NCBI GenBank assembly: GCA_000004985.1
Contig: GG738884.1
Length of the DNA: 64,000 bases
Reading direction: 5' to 3' (one strand)
Source of the DNA: Naegleria gruberi
Taxonomy: Eukaryota
How positions within the stretch are numbered: position 1 is the first letter of the stretch; the number at the start of each line of letters is the position of its first letter. The notes under the pieces are model-generated. The model saw only the letters and a list, made by a program, of their open reading frames with translations, made no database searches and had not been told where the DNA came from. Both the position numbers and the translations under genes were made by a program. This document shows, one piece after another, positions 32,952 to 43,962 of this stretch.

Positions 32952-35018
32952 TTATCTAACTCTTGGAGGTTTGTAATTCGAAAAGGCAACTTTAACAGCA
33001 ACAACCTCTCCTTGATGAATCTTGTACAGACATGGATAAGCTCCATCACCATTTCCACACATTGAAAATAATCCATACGGGAATAGTATTAATTGCTTAT
33101 CAGATGATTCGTTCAAAATTCCATTCACTACCTCATACCAATCCATACTTTCTTGTTTCGTATTCTTGAAAAGAGATGCATCTTCGAATTTATCACCATC
33201 AATAATTCCAACTCCATGATCAATTCCAATAATATTTGAGACATGCCATCCATGACGAATTTCCTGATTGAAAAGGTCAAAATCAGAGTCAAAGATATTT
33301 CCAGGAGTTTCCCAATCCTTCTCAATTTCTGGATGATCTTTTGCATATTCATTGTTGTAGAGTAAAATTTGTTTTGGTAAACGTGGATTCAATTGAGTTG
33401 CTGTCCAGACACCATTTTTAACATTTTCAATTAAGGCACTTTCGTCCTCTCTATCAGTTGTGAAATCAATAACTTTTAACTTTCCAGAATCTACTTGAAT
33501 TTCATTACTTTCCATCATACATAACCAATCTTCATTCAAGTCAACCTTTGGCTCTTCTTCAGATTCTATATTGGATTTTTTTGGTTCTAAAATACCAAAG
33601 GCATGATCTGTCTTTCGTCCAATAAAAGATGTTCCTTTTGATCTTTCTCTCCACATTCCATATTTCAAGCAACCATCTTCAATATCATATACGAACCCAT
33701 AGTCATCTGAACCTGTATAGAGTGGTGCACCCAAGTAATTAGAAAACTCTTTCACACTTGTCATTTCTATATAATTTTCACTGCATAATTTTGGATATTT
33801 GGTCTTGCAATTGATTCCTCGAGTGATGTGAAATTTTGAGAGTTTTTCTGATTGATCAATAGCATGAATGTATTCTCCTCTAAATGAAGGAAAGTGTTTT
33901 TTCAACTCATCCTTACTTTGAATAGTAATGCTTGGATGTTCCTTCCCCAATTGATAGGTTTTAAATGAGAATTCTCGATTAATTTCCTCTCTAGTCCAGT
34001 AAGGAATTTGTTTGACTGCATTATCATCAATATGAATAGCATTACAATCTAAACCTTTGAAAGCCAATATAGAATTTGATTTTTCACTCCATCCAATAAT
34101 TTCTTCTCTTGGATAGAAAGAATTCTTCTCCAAAATGCATTGAATTTTGCCACTTTCTATTGGAGAGTTTTTAGGAGCTGGTTTATAACTCAGAATTTGA
34201 GAATTGCAGAATAGGATAATTCCATATTTTTCTGAAAGTCCAATATAATTAATGTCACTTTGCCATGGTAAATGATCAATGACGCTTAATTGATTATTCG
34301 AATCGAATATAATTTCTACCAATCTTCTATCACCACAAACCATTGCCTGTATTGTCTTATCTTGCTTATATGGAATGAATTTATGACTTGTAAAACCATT
34401 GGAAATTACACTGCAAAACATTGAAGTATCATTAATAATAAACTTTTCAAATTCTCTCTTTTCCCTTTCGAATAAATAAAAGAATTGTTGATAATACAAG
34501 CCACACACTGCATACTTTCTGCAGCTTTGAACATTTTCACATGGAATAAAACACGTAAGTTTCTCACGAAGATCCTTATCAAGTACAATCTTTTTAGTTT
34601 CGAATTTCCTTGATGTAAAATCAACTAATAGAAAATCAGATCTGGTTGGCGTACCAAGAAGAGCATGTCCATCAAATATTCCAACACAATAAAAAACCTG
34701 TTCATTGCCAATGTCAATATTTTCAATTTTTTGATCTTTGAAAAGGAATAACTTGTTATCGGAAACTATTATTCCCTGGACACATGTGGAATCTAATAAA
34801 TGGCTTTCTGTGTCCATGTGGAATGATGCATAACCTTGTCCTTCTGTTATTGTCCATTCTTGTAAAATATTTTGATTCTCATCAATGTGAAGTAATTTAT
34901 TGCCACCATCTTGTTGCTGAATGACGTAATTTGATGAGTGACAGAAGAGAAAAGTTCCAGGTGGTGTGAATTGCATTTTTTTTTGGTTGTTTCTTTTCAA
35001 ATATTGGCGCCGCCACAA
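32952..35018 (-). CDS. Hypothetical 688-aa protein with a C-terminal DUF4241-like GDGxYP motif.
   Basis: Long ORF. The C-terminus reads LFPYGLFSMCGNGDGAYPCLYKIHQGEVVAVKVAF. Confidence 0.45.
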   Translation of the reverse strand: MWRRQYLKRNNQKKMQFTPPGTFLFCHSSNYVIQQQDGGNKLLHIDENQNILQEWTITEGQGYASFHMDTESHLLDSTCVQGIIVSDNKLFLFKDQKIENIDIGNEQVFYCVGIFDGHALLGTPTRSDFLLVDFTSRKFETKKIVLDKDLREKLTCFIPCENVQSCRKYAVCGLYYQQFFYLFEREKREFEKFIINDTSMFCSVISNGFTSHKFIPYKQDKTIQAMVCGDRRLVEIIFDSNNQLSVIDHLPWQSDINYIGLSEKYGIILFCNSQILSYKPAPKNSPIESGKIQCILEKNSFYPREEIIGWSEKSNSILAFKGLDCNAIHIDDNAVKQIPYWTREEINREFSFKTYQLGKEHPSITIQSKDELKKHFPSFRGEYIHAIDQSEKLSKFHITRGINCKTKYPKLCSENYIEMTSVKEFSNYLGAPLYTGSDDYGFVYDIEDGCLKYGMWRERSKGTSFIGRKTDHAFGILEPKKSNIESEEEPKVDLNEDWLCMMESNEIQVDSGKLKVIDFTTDREDESALIENVKNGVWTATQLNPRLPKQILLYNNEYAKDHPEIEKDWETPGNIFDSDFDLFNQEIRHGWHVSNIIGIDHGVGIIDGDKFEDASLFKNTKQESMDWYEVVNGILNESSDKQLILFPYGLFSMCGNGDGAYPCLYKIHQGEVVAVKVAFSNYKPPRVR

Positions 35019-35065
35019 TATTGTAATGATCTAGTCTAATAGAGATATATTTTTATTGTAATGAT

Positions 35066-38000
35066 TTAGGCATAATCAAACTCTGTTTCAGAGGATTTGC
35101 TTTTCATTCTATTCTTGAGCCATTTAACTGCATGACGTAATCCAGTTGAGAAATAATTCTGAGTTGCATTAATGGCCAAATTGACATAACTTGATGGTTT
35201 CACACAGACAAGTGCAATAAATGCTGAAATTCTGAAAGCTAAACCAAAGATAACCATCATGTAAATGGTCATTCCCAATTCATTCTCTTCATATCCCATA
35301 TTCTTCAAACTTGTTGAAATGTCATAGATATCACTATATTTGGTAATTTCAATGAGATAGGCATTTTCATGACTGTAGGTAAGGAAAGATATCCATGGCA
35401 TGATATTGATAGGGAATGACATGGCTTTCAATGAAGGAAGAGGTGTTGTTGATCCACTGAATGTGTTAAATATGAAAACTAAAACAACAGCAGTCAATTG
35501 AGCTATTCCTGGTTGAACTATAATCGAAACTAGATATCCTAAACCATATGATGTCCAATAAACTAGTAATAGAACATAATAATATTCATAAACTGGTGCT
35601 CTTGGTGAAACTACAGTGTAATAAATTGTTAAAAAGACAATTGGTGCAATCAAGTTTACAATGAAAAGTGATAAATCTTTAGCCCAGAAATAACAGAAGG
35701 TACTTAATCCTGTTTGACTTTCTCTATTGAAAATTAAACTTTCCTTACCAAATGCTCTGAGTGCTGACATGGCAGCCATCAAAGCCATGCCAAGTGTCAT
35801 GAGTGAAGATGTGGCAGCAACTGGATCATCAACAGGTTGTTTACAAATTTCTTGTAAACCACTTGGACATAATTCATAAATTCCCTTTGGTGGAGGACCA
35901 ACATATACCTTATTATGGTAAACAAGACCCAAGAATGCTGAACAAAGGAAAATTAAGAAAAAGTCCAAAATTAAACTTGGCAAAGTTCTCAAAATTTGAG
36001 TGAAACTTCTCTTGAAACACATCCAGAATTGAGCAAAATAGGAAAATCTTGGATTTTTGAATTGAACTTGTTCTGGTTGATCATTAATTGAAGATTCGCT
36101 ACTAGTTTCGGTTGTTGTTTCTTCTTCGTATAAGTGTTTCTTCATTTCCCAAACTTCTGGTAATGAGATAGGTTCAAACTCTATATCTTTCTGACATGGA
36201 ACTAAACCTGCAGAAACATCAATTACAAAATCAGCCAAATTAGTTCCATTAGGTTTTGGAAATCCTAATTCCTTTTCAAAGTATTCTTCAACTCGTGTGA
36301 CAGGTCCAAGATAAATAGTTTTACCACCCTTTCCTAGCAATAGTAAATTATCAAACATGTTAAATATTTCATATCTAGGTTGATGGATAACAGTAATAAC
36401 TGTCATTCCTGATTTGGCAATTTCTTGTAAACATTGACAGACTTCCATAGATGAACTACTATCCAAACCAGAAGTAGGTTCATCAAGGAAGACTGCAATT
36501 GGACAAGCAACCAATTCAATGCCAACATTAACTCTCTTTCTTTGACCTCCTGAAATTCCACGTTTTTCTTGATCTCCAATTATGGCATGTCTAACATCTT
36601 GTAAATTCAAAACATGAATCACATCATTGACAATGGCGTCAATTTCCTTAGATGGTGTACTTGCATCAAGTCTGGTCTTTGCTGAAAAATATAAAGTTTC
36701 TTCTACTGTGCAAGAACTAATCATAATGTCATCTTGTGGGACGAAACCTAGCTTACTATTGTAATTCGAAAGGTTGTCTCTCTTTCCATTGACGAATACT
36801 TGACCTAATTGAGTTCCATAATAGGCACGATTTGAGAGTGTGGTAATGAAAGTACTTTTACCAGCTCCTGATAAACCCATGACAGCTGTCAATTTGCCAT
36901 GTTTAATTTCACCAGTGACACTATCCAAAACTCTCTTTCCAGAACCTTTCAATGTAAGACCCAAATCCTTGAAACCAATATCAACAGTAAATTGATTAGT
37001 TCTAAAACCAGACGGTTTGTCACTTGCCAACAAATTTGAATTTTCATTAACATCTTTCAAGAACAATTTAGTTCTCTTATGTTTCTTAACATTCTTCAAA
37101 CTATATCTAACATAAAATCTGAAAGCAGCTTCATAAGAAACATAAATAATTGCAATAATAATCATGATAATGACAACCATGGCCAATCCACCAAATTCCA
37201 TTCTATCACTTTTTGTTCCTTTTGGACAATTAGAAAAGAATGAACAACCAGTTGGTTTGATACTTCCCTCACGACAATAATAACCAGCTGGGCATAGGAT
37301 TTTCAAACTGGCATTTGGACAATAGTAAGATTCTGGACACAGCTTGTAGGTGAAGGATCCTTCTGGACAATATTGAGATTCTGAACAGTTTCTAATAGTA
37401 TGAGTGTTTTCACAGTAGAAACCTGCTGGACAGAGTGACTTCTTGTAGGATCCAGGTGGACAATAATCCATAGAATCATTCTTGAATTCACAGAGAGATG
37501 GTTCAATAACTGTATCATTTAAACAATAGGTATTTTCTGGACAATCCAGATTATCTGTGGTTGTTCCATTTTCCATAATAACTACTTGTCTGGCCATGTT
37601 ACAATAATCACCTTCCTTACATGATTCAATTCCAGTGAAATATGGAGTAGTATCACCAACCTTCAATTTCTTAATATAGTAACCAGGAGGAACTGGTAAA
37701 GGACGTTCATATTTTGTTGTACAGATGGTGCCATCTGGACAATCCTCACTTCTCCATAAACTACTGCCGAAACATGTTTGTTTTCCAAATTCTCCATCAC
37801 ACATCAATGGATATGGCATTTGAATGTATGGACAAATGTAACCACTTGGACATGGAATTCTAATTCCAGACAAACAGTAGCTCTCCACAAGACATGGTAT
37901 TCTAGTAAGCGATCTATAAATGAAATCTCCTGGATTTGTCAAAGTATACGGAACTACCAATGTGCTTCTGAAGAGATTACACAAATTACCTCTCAAACAT

Positions 38001-40270
38001 GAGCTTGATAACATGGCAAATTGATTTTCATTGAAATCTCGTGGAGGGGCTTGATTACATGCACCTGAGAATGATTTCAAAAAGACATTATCAGGATCTG
38101 TCTTTAAAGTATCACAGACAAGTTTGAATCTGTCATTGGCTTCAATTTCCCATCTCTTTCTAGTAATGGAAAGGAAGAGGAATTGATTGTTTTCTGAAAC
38201 GAATAAATCAATTACCTTTCCAAGTGCTAAGAAATCATTAACATTATTGGTCATGGCCACGTATCCTTGTTCAATTAAGGAAGGATCATCAGGAGTGGAT
38301 GAGGTTAAATTGAGTGAAATTGCAAGAACTTGCACATTTTTCTTCATTGAAATGTAAATATTTTCTTGCCAGTAACCAAAGAAGAAGGTAAATAAATCTT
38401 CCTGTTGAGTGAATGCTCCTGTGAAAATGTCAATTTCGCATCTGGCTTTTGAGGCATCTTCCATACATTGATCAGTGTCAATTTGTCCTCCTTTCAGATA
38501 GTCAAATTGGCAAATGACAGATGGATTCAAGTGTCTAGTTTCGTTATAAGCAGAAATACCATTCATTGTTTGATTAATGTCCATGAAACTTGATTTGATA
38601 ATTTCAACTTCATCATTCATTTCAGTAATGGTTTGAATATTGTCCAAACATTTACCATTATTCGAATGTTGATTGGCTCCACAATTGAAAGTTTGTGGTC
38701 TATTAGCTGTGTTTCCTTCATTGAAGTTAAAATTATAATTGACAAATTCTGGAATGTGATGTAAAACAAAGGAATACCTTTCGTTTGTTTCACCTTGTTT
38801 CTTCAAGCCCAGACCAATATATAAATTTTGAGAAGGTGGAAATTCTACATTCTCACATGTAGTTTGCAAAGAGAGTTTGATTGGCTTTCTCAATTTATCA
38901 AGAATTGGATAGGCAACAGTAATGGAAGATCCCTCAGGAGCTTGATAAAAAGTATTTAAATTATCTGAATTGACCAAATCAATCTTTCTATAAGAATCTT
39001 GGAACTCTACAATTCTAACTTGCTTTGAAGTGTATATCATAATAAGAGATCTTGAATTAGCCAAATGATTTCTTTCAAAAAATGTTTCTTGAATTCTCAT
39101 TGGTGCTGTCTTTGAAAAATTACCAAAATGAATAAAAGTTTCAATTCTGAAATCTTCATCACTTTCTACATCCCATTTCAATGGAACTGTCATGTAATTC
39201 TGATGCATTACAGTACCTCTAATGAAAATGAGTTGATATCTTGGTTTTTGACCGTCATCAATAATTTTGAGAACACCAACAGAGTAAACATTTTGAGTTT
39301 GAGTATCTCTGAACATTTTCAAATCCAGAACTTGTTTGACATTATCATCCAAACTGTAGAACCAATATCTGTAAAATTCTACCTGATAAAAATTAAACAC
39401 TCCATTAATGTTTAACTTTCCATATTTAGTTACTTGAACTAGGGCAATTTGATCTTGGTCATCTCCAATACCAGTCACTGAACCATATACTTCTCCTTTC
39501 AATAGTTCTCTATAACCAGGATACTTGTAATAAATAGTAAAACCACCATTATAGAAATCTTTAGTATTAACCATGACAACTCTTCCATTTTGATAAAATT
39601 GAAAGAGACGGCCAAAGGATTTACGTCCATTACTTGAATCAACAGCTCTAATAGCAACTACACCTTTACAATCATCTTCTAAAGGTGAATCAATTCCACC
39701 ACATTTGTACTGAAATTCTCCTTTGTTAACAACTTGAACATCTGAGAATATTTCAGGAGTTCCAGCAAATGGATTTGTTTTAGAGCACCACAAGTCAGTA
39801 AAAACAATTGGCATATCAGCAGTACCACATCCATCTTTTGGTCCTGTGTAGAGAGTTGGAGTATCATCATCGCCAATAACTCTTAATTTGATGTTAGAGG
39901 TTGCTCTCTGTTTTTGAAAACTTCTCTTATGTGAACTCTGTGAGTCTATAGCATCTCTCAAATGTTGATACAGAACAGAATCTGGTCTTTTGTAATCAGA
40001 TTGTTGTTCATTCACATGGCTTGCCTTAATGGATGATTCTTGTCTTATGAGAGTATGGTCTTGGAACAAGTATGGATTCATGGAAGGAGCAACAGCAGCA
40101 TGCACACTGCTGATAGTTACTCCTGTTTCTGATAACATGTTATTGCCATTATTGAACTGGTGAAATGTGAAGAAAAGTATCAAGAGTGTGGAAATGATGA
40201 ACAATCTCACACCATGAGAAATTCCGAAAGGATTTGTTGTGGTAGTATGTTGTCGAAGAAGAGGTACCAT
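35066..40270 (-). CDS. ABCG-type half transporter (NBD then TMD) preceded by a roughly 950-aa extracellular domain with Cys-rich repeats and an extra TM helix; 1734 aa.
   Basis: Walker A (GLSGAGKST), ABC signature (ISGGQRKRV) and Walker B (VFLDEPTSGLD) are followed by six TM helices (White/ABCG order). Upstream are an N-terminal hydrophobic leader, a large ectodomain, a CPxGxYC-type Cys-repeat stalk (CPPGSYKKSLCPAGFYCENTHTIRNCSESQYCPEGSFTYKLCPESYYCPNASLKILCPAGYYC) and a TM helix (GGLAMVVIIMIIIAIIYVSY). Confidence 0.85.
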   Translation of the reverse strand: MVPLLRQHTTTTNPFGISHGVRLFIISTLLILFFTFHQFNNGNNMLSETGVTISSVHAAVAPSMNPYLFQDHTLIRQESSIKASHVNEQQSDYKRPDSVLYQHLRDAIDSQSSHKRSFQKQRATSNIKLRVIGDDDTPTLYTGPKDGCGTADMPIVFTDLWCSKTNPFAGTPEIFSDVQVVNKGEFQYKCGGIDSPLEDDCKGVVAIRAVDSSNGRKSFGRLFQFYQNGRVVMVNTKDFYNGGFTIYYKYPGYRELLKGEVYGSVTGIGDDQDQIALVQVTKYGKLNINGVFNFYQVEFYRYWFYSLDDNVKQVLDLKMFRDTQTQNVYSVGVLKIIDDGQKPRYQLIFIRGTVMHQNYMTVPLKWDVESDEDFRIETFIHFGNFSKTAPMRIQETFFERNHLANSRSLIMIYTSKQVRIVEFQDSYRKIDLVNSDNLNTFYQAPEGSSITVAYPILDKLRKPIKLSLQTTCENVEFPPSQNLYIGLGLKKQGETNERYSFVLHHIPEFVNYNFNFNEGNTANRPQTFNCGANQHSNNGKCLDNIQTITEMNDEVEIIKSSFMDINQTMNGISAYNETRHLNPSVICQFDYLKGGQIDTDQCMEDASKARCEIDIFTGAFTQQEDLFTFFFGYWQENIYISMKKNVQVLAISLNLTSSTPDDPSLIEQGYVAMTNNVNDFLALGKVIDLFVSENNQFLFLSITRKRWEIEANDRFKLVCDTLKTDPDNVFLKSFSGACNQAPPRDFNENQFAMLSSSCLRGNLCNLFRSTLVVPYTLTNPGDFIYRSLTRIPCLVESYCLSGIRIPCPSGYICPYIQMPYPLMCDGEFGKQTCFGSSLWRSEDCPDGTICTTKYERPLPVPPGYYIKKLKVGDTTPYFTGIESCKEGDYCNMARQVVIMENGTTTDNLDCPENTYCLNDTVIEPSLCEFKNDSMDYCPPGSYKKSLCPAGFYCENTHTIRNCSESQYCPEGSFTYKLCPESYYCPNASLKILCPAGYYCREGSIKPTGCSFFSNCPKGTKSDRMEFGGLAMVVIIMIIIAIIYVSYEAAFRFYVRYSLKNVKKHKRTKLFLKDVNENSNLLASDKPSGFRTNQFTVDIGFKDLGLTLKGSGKRVLDSVTGEIKHGKLTAVMGLSGAGKSTFITTLSNRAYYGTQLGQVFVNGKRDNLSNYNSKLGFVPQDDIMISSCTVEETLYFSAKTRLDASTPSKEIDAIVNDVIHVLNLQDVRHAIIGDQEKRGISGGQRKRVNVGIELVACPIAVFLDEPTSGLDSSSSMEVCQCLQEIAKSGMTVITVIHQPRYEIFNMFDNLLLLGKGGKTIYLGPVTRVEEYFEKELGFPKPNGTNLADFVIDVSAGLVPCQKDIEFEPISLPEVWEMKKHLYEEETTTETSSESSINDQPEQVQFKNPRFSYFAQFWMCFKRSFTQILRTLPSLILDFFLIFLCSAFLGLVYHNKVYVGPPPKGIYELCPSGLQEICKQPVDDPVAATSSLMTLGMALMAAMSALRAFGKESLIFNRESQTGLSTFCYFWAKDLSLFIVNLIAPIVFLTIYYTVVSPRAPVYEYYYVLLLVYWTSYGLGYLVSIIVQPGIAQLTAVVLVFIFNTFSGSTTPLPSLKAMSFPINIMPWISFLTYSHENAYLIEITKYSDIYDISTSLKNMGYEENELGMTIYMMVIFGLAFRISAFIALVCVKPSSYVNLAINATQNYFSTGLRHAVKWLKNRMKSKSSETEFDYA

Positions 40271-40701
40271 GGTTACTGTATGTGATACCTCTTGGATCTT
40301 TTTTTTCCTGAATGAGGAGGCAAGTTATGATTTGGTTTGCTGGAACATGACTCGTTCGGAGTTAAATTCTCCTTTGCCGGAGTGCAGGTGTGAAAATAGT
40401 AACACTTCTAATACATGAATTCAAAAGCTCCCCTTACTCTACAAACATAATATTGTTTTCCAGGAAACCAAATAGGAAAAACATCTTCTAGTTGAGTTAC
40501 GATTTTGTAAAATTGAGCCCTTTATGATTGCTTTGAAAATTTTCTAATCACACAATCCACATTACGAACCAACTCAACACTTAATGCTTCATTTCTTCTC
40601 AAATTATAAGAGAGTGATTGCTGAAAATTGCTTTGAAATTTACAGAACGCGAATTTTCAATTTGAATTTCAAAGAAATTTGATTTTTTTAATTAAAAGAT
40701 C

Positions 40702-41634
40702 TTAATTGGCAAATCCTGAAGTACCAGTGAAACCTCCTCTACCACCACTACTGCTACCACCTCCAACAAAGGCAGTTCTTTCTCCAACATATCCATATCC
40801 AGCTCTACGAATACCAAGAACATCCATAACACAATTTCTGAAAGCAGTAATGATACCACAAATAATTGAACAACAAATGCAAATAGCAACTACAATGACA
40901 ATGACAACAATAGCAAAGAGTGGGAGTCCTTCATTACACTTTGAGAATTGATCACCAACAGTATTGAAAGTAACAGTTGGTTGATAAGCAATATTGGAAC
41001 TGATAGCACCAGTTGAGAAGGTGACAGTTTTTCCATTGACAACAGCACTTCCTCCTGAAGTAGTTACATTGTTAGCAAGATTGACATCAGAAGAGAAGAT
41101 GAACTTTGAAGTAAGCATGCCAATTGGTGAGCTTTCCTTATAGTAATAGGAGACATAATTTTGCTTCTATGATGTGTTACAAAATTTCATGTGTGAAAAT
41201 CAATCAATACTTACATTAGAATTAACTCTAATTGGTCCATTAGCACTATATGTATAACGAATGGTAAGTGTAGTGGTGAGTGTGCTTGGAGTGGAAGGGA
41301 AGAAATTAGCAACAATAAAGTTAGAATCTTGTTGAGCTGAGACATATTTAGATGACAATGAATATCCTCCAGTCAATACATCAACTCTAACAGAACTCAT
41401 GTCAATAGAAGAAGCAATTGAATAAGGAACTGCTCTAGCAACAGTTGAGTAGGATCCAGTGAATTGATAGCTGTAAGTTTCCACAACTGAAACAGCACAT
41501 GAACTGGCACTGAGTGTAACGTCTGATTGAATACTAGCAATTGAATATGTCTTTTGAGCATTACAAACTCCGAGAATGATCATCAAGATCATCATCATTA
41601 CTACAGAACTTGTTGAACTGATAATTTGCTTCAT
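40702..41634 (-). CDS. Type-I membrane protein with signal peptide, Ser/Thr-rich ectodomain, one TM helix and a Gly-rich cytoplasmic tail; two exons.
   Basis: Exon 1 spans 41634..41215 and ends ...NSN before a GTAAGT donor. The intron is 41167..41214 (48 nt) with a CATAG acceptor. Exon 2 spans 41166..40702 in frame (KQNYVSYYYKESSPIGMLTSKF...). The TM helix is LFAIVVIVIVVAICICCSIICGII. Confidence 0.6.
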
Positions 41635-43012
41635 ATTTTAATGGTAAAAATTGTTTGTCGTTGTTTTGTTTTTTTCAAACTGTTGAAAATGAAAGATACG
41701 AAGAGTAGTACGATTTTATTCACTTCCACTTGTTTCTTGAGAGATGATTAGGAGGGTGGATGGGAGAGGATAGTGTGTTACGATTTTTGATTGCAATGTT
41801 GCAGGGTCACCTTCTGTTAATTTCCTTCGATTTCAAGAAGTAATACCTTCCGATGATTAAAAAGAAGTGTTGTTTTCTTGGTTATTGTGTGACAGTGGTT
41901 GTTATTTTGTTGGAAGGAAAACAGAAACATCATAGTGATGGGTTACCTTCATCTTGTTTTGTATCCATTACAATTTAATTCATCCTCGTTATTGTTAACA
42001 TTTTGCAACAACAACAGATACGGAATAGATATACAATATAGGAGCAAAACTATAATCATTCAATTAACACAATAATGGCAATTGAAAGTAATTAGAAAAT
42101 TACCATTTACGATCTGGTGGAGCAACAGTCAATACCAGTTATTTAAACAAGTTGTGAACCAAACCATCAAAAAAACAGGCCAAACAACAGTTGTTAGAAT
42201 TCAAACAAGAAGAATCCAGTCGACTGTAATAATGAGAAATGTAACTGACCACATGGTCATGTGAAGGATTTCCAGGTAACAATAGTGAGTTGTATTGATA
42301 ATTGTCTCACGCGGACTTCAAGATGCATGCACAAAGACTCGATCAGATATATTGAAGCGTATGTGCTCATGAGAGATTGATTCAATATGATATTCGAATC
42401 CAAGAGAATAGAATTTAGCCAGACAACCCATGAAGAGATTGAATCTAAATAGATATTACACAAGATGTGTGAACCTCATTACCTATTATTCAACAAAGGT
42501 TTGTATATTTTGTTGTATACAACATTATGGCAAGTCGCGTGCAGGTTTACATTAGGGATCGTCATCTTTGCATCATCTATGATGTGATCCTTATTGTAAT
42601 CCTGATTTCCACTTCAATTCTCTGTGCTTAGTGAGGGACCTTATCTTCGTCATCCTCAAAAGGTACCCACCACACATGCAACAACTCAGCGCTCTGATCT
42701 AATCGATATGTGGCATGATGATGGAAAATTCAGCCTCGTCTTCTTAGTGCCCTAATTGTTTTGAAAGCCAAATTTTCTTAATTGGCACAGTTGTAAACTC
42801 TCGCGTTTTTTATTTTGGAATTTTCGCCAATTTTTAATTGCTATCTTTGTGCCAGGCACGGAAAATTAGATAACAATGTTTAAAAAGCATTCTAAAAATT
42901 CACGTTCATGATCAAATAACTACAAAAAAACAACTCAACAACGATATCGAGTGTTTTCTCACAACCAACCAACTAACGAACCAAACCAATCACACACAAT
43001 TCCTAATAGAAG

Positions 43013-43417
43013 ATGATGAACATTAATAGACTCAGACTCGTGAATAGATTCATTGCCTCTTCCACTCCTCATAAGAGTACATCATCACTCCGATACATGA
43101 TCAACAATAATAATTGTATGGCTACTACTACTGCTGCTTCCTTCCATGTTGATATTAAGAATAATCACATTATCTTGACAGAGGAGAAGAGAGTGTTTTT
43201 AGAAGCTTTGAAACTTGAATTGTTTAATAGCAGTCGATCAAATGTGGCGAATATGATCAAGGATAATAGTCAGCAATCATCATCGTATTCTACAGCAACT
43301 GTTGTTTCTAATGATGATGGGTTTGATAAGAGTTTGGAAAACTCACGAAATTTAATGTGTCACAAGAGACATGATGTGCTGACTCAGCAAGAGTCTGAAT
43401 ACTTTTTGTACTTGTAA
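43013..43417 (+). CDS. Hypothetical 134-aa protein, possibly with a mitochondrial presequence.
   Basis: ORF with a basic N-terminus (MMNINRLRLVNRFIASSTPHKSTSSLRYM). Confidence 0.4.
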   Translation: MMNINRLRLVNRFIASSTPHKSTSSLRYMINNNNCMATTTAASFHVDIKNNHIILTEEKRVFLEALKLELFNSSRSNVANMIKDNSQQSSSYSTATVVSNDDGFDKSLENSRNLMCHKRHDVLTQQESEYFLYL

Positions 43418-43488
43418 ATATTATTTACAATTTCATTGTATTATAAATGTACATTATTTATTATATTCTCTTTGTTGATTGTAATATC

Positions 43489-43878
43489 TTATAAGTTAAT
43501 ATTATTGTTGGTTAACTTGGAAATCATGGAGTTGACTCTTGTGAGTTCATTGAGATAGATAGATGCCAATCTATTCAAATCACCCAAACTCATGTCGCCA
43601 TATTGAACATCTGCCAAGGCAATTTCTATTTGATCAACATAAGCACTTTCTTTTTCGCTTAATGACAACTTATTTGATTTAACCTTATCAAGTTCCTTTT
43701 GAGCTTGATCTTTCTGGATTGATACCTTTGAGCAAGCTTGCTGAAGGTGCTCTTGCTTCTTCTTTTCATCTGTAAGAACATTCCTAAGCCTGGTCTTTTC
43801 ATTCTCCATAACTTTGGTCTTCTCTCTCTCTTGTTGGATTAGGGCAAGAAGTTGTTCAACAGTTGGTTGTGCACTCAT
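43489..43878 (-). CDS. Small coiled-coil protein of 129 aa.
   Basis: Heptad-rich ORF with a TAA stop. Confidence 0.45.
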   Translation of the reverse strand: MSAQPTVEQLLALIQQEREKTKVMENEKTRLRNVLTDEKKKQEHLQQACSKVSIQKDQAQKELDKVKSNKLSLSEKESAYVDQIEIALADVQYGDMSLGDLNRLASIYLNELTRVNSMISKLTNNNINL

Positions 43879-43962
43879 ATTGGTTTGTTTTTTTATGTTT
43901 TACTCCAAAAAAAGAAGTTTCCTTAATAATTGTTAATCACCAATTTAGTATCAAACTAAAAA

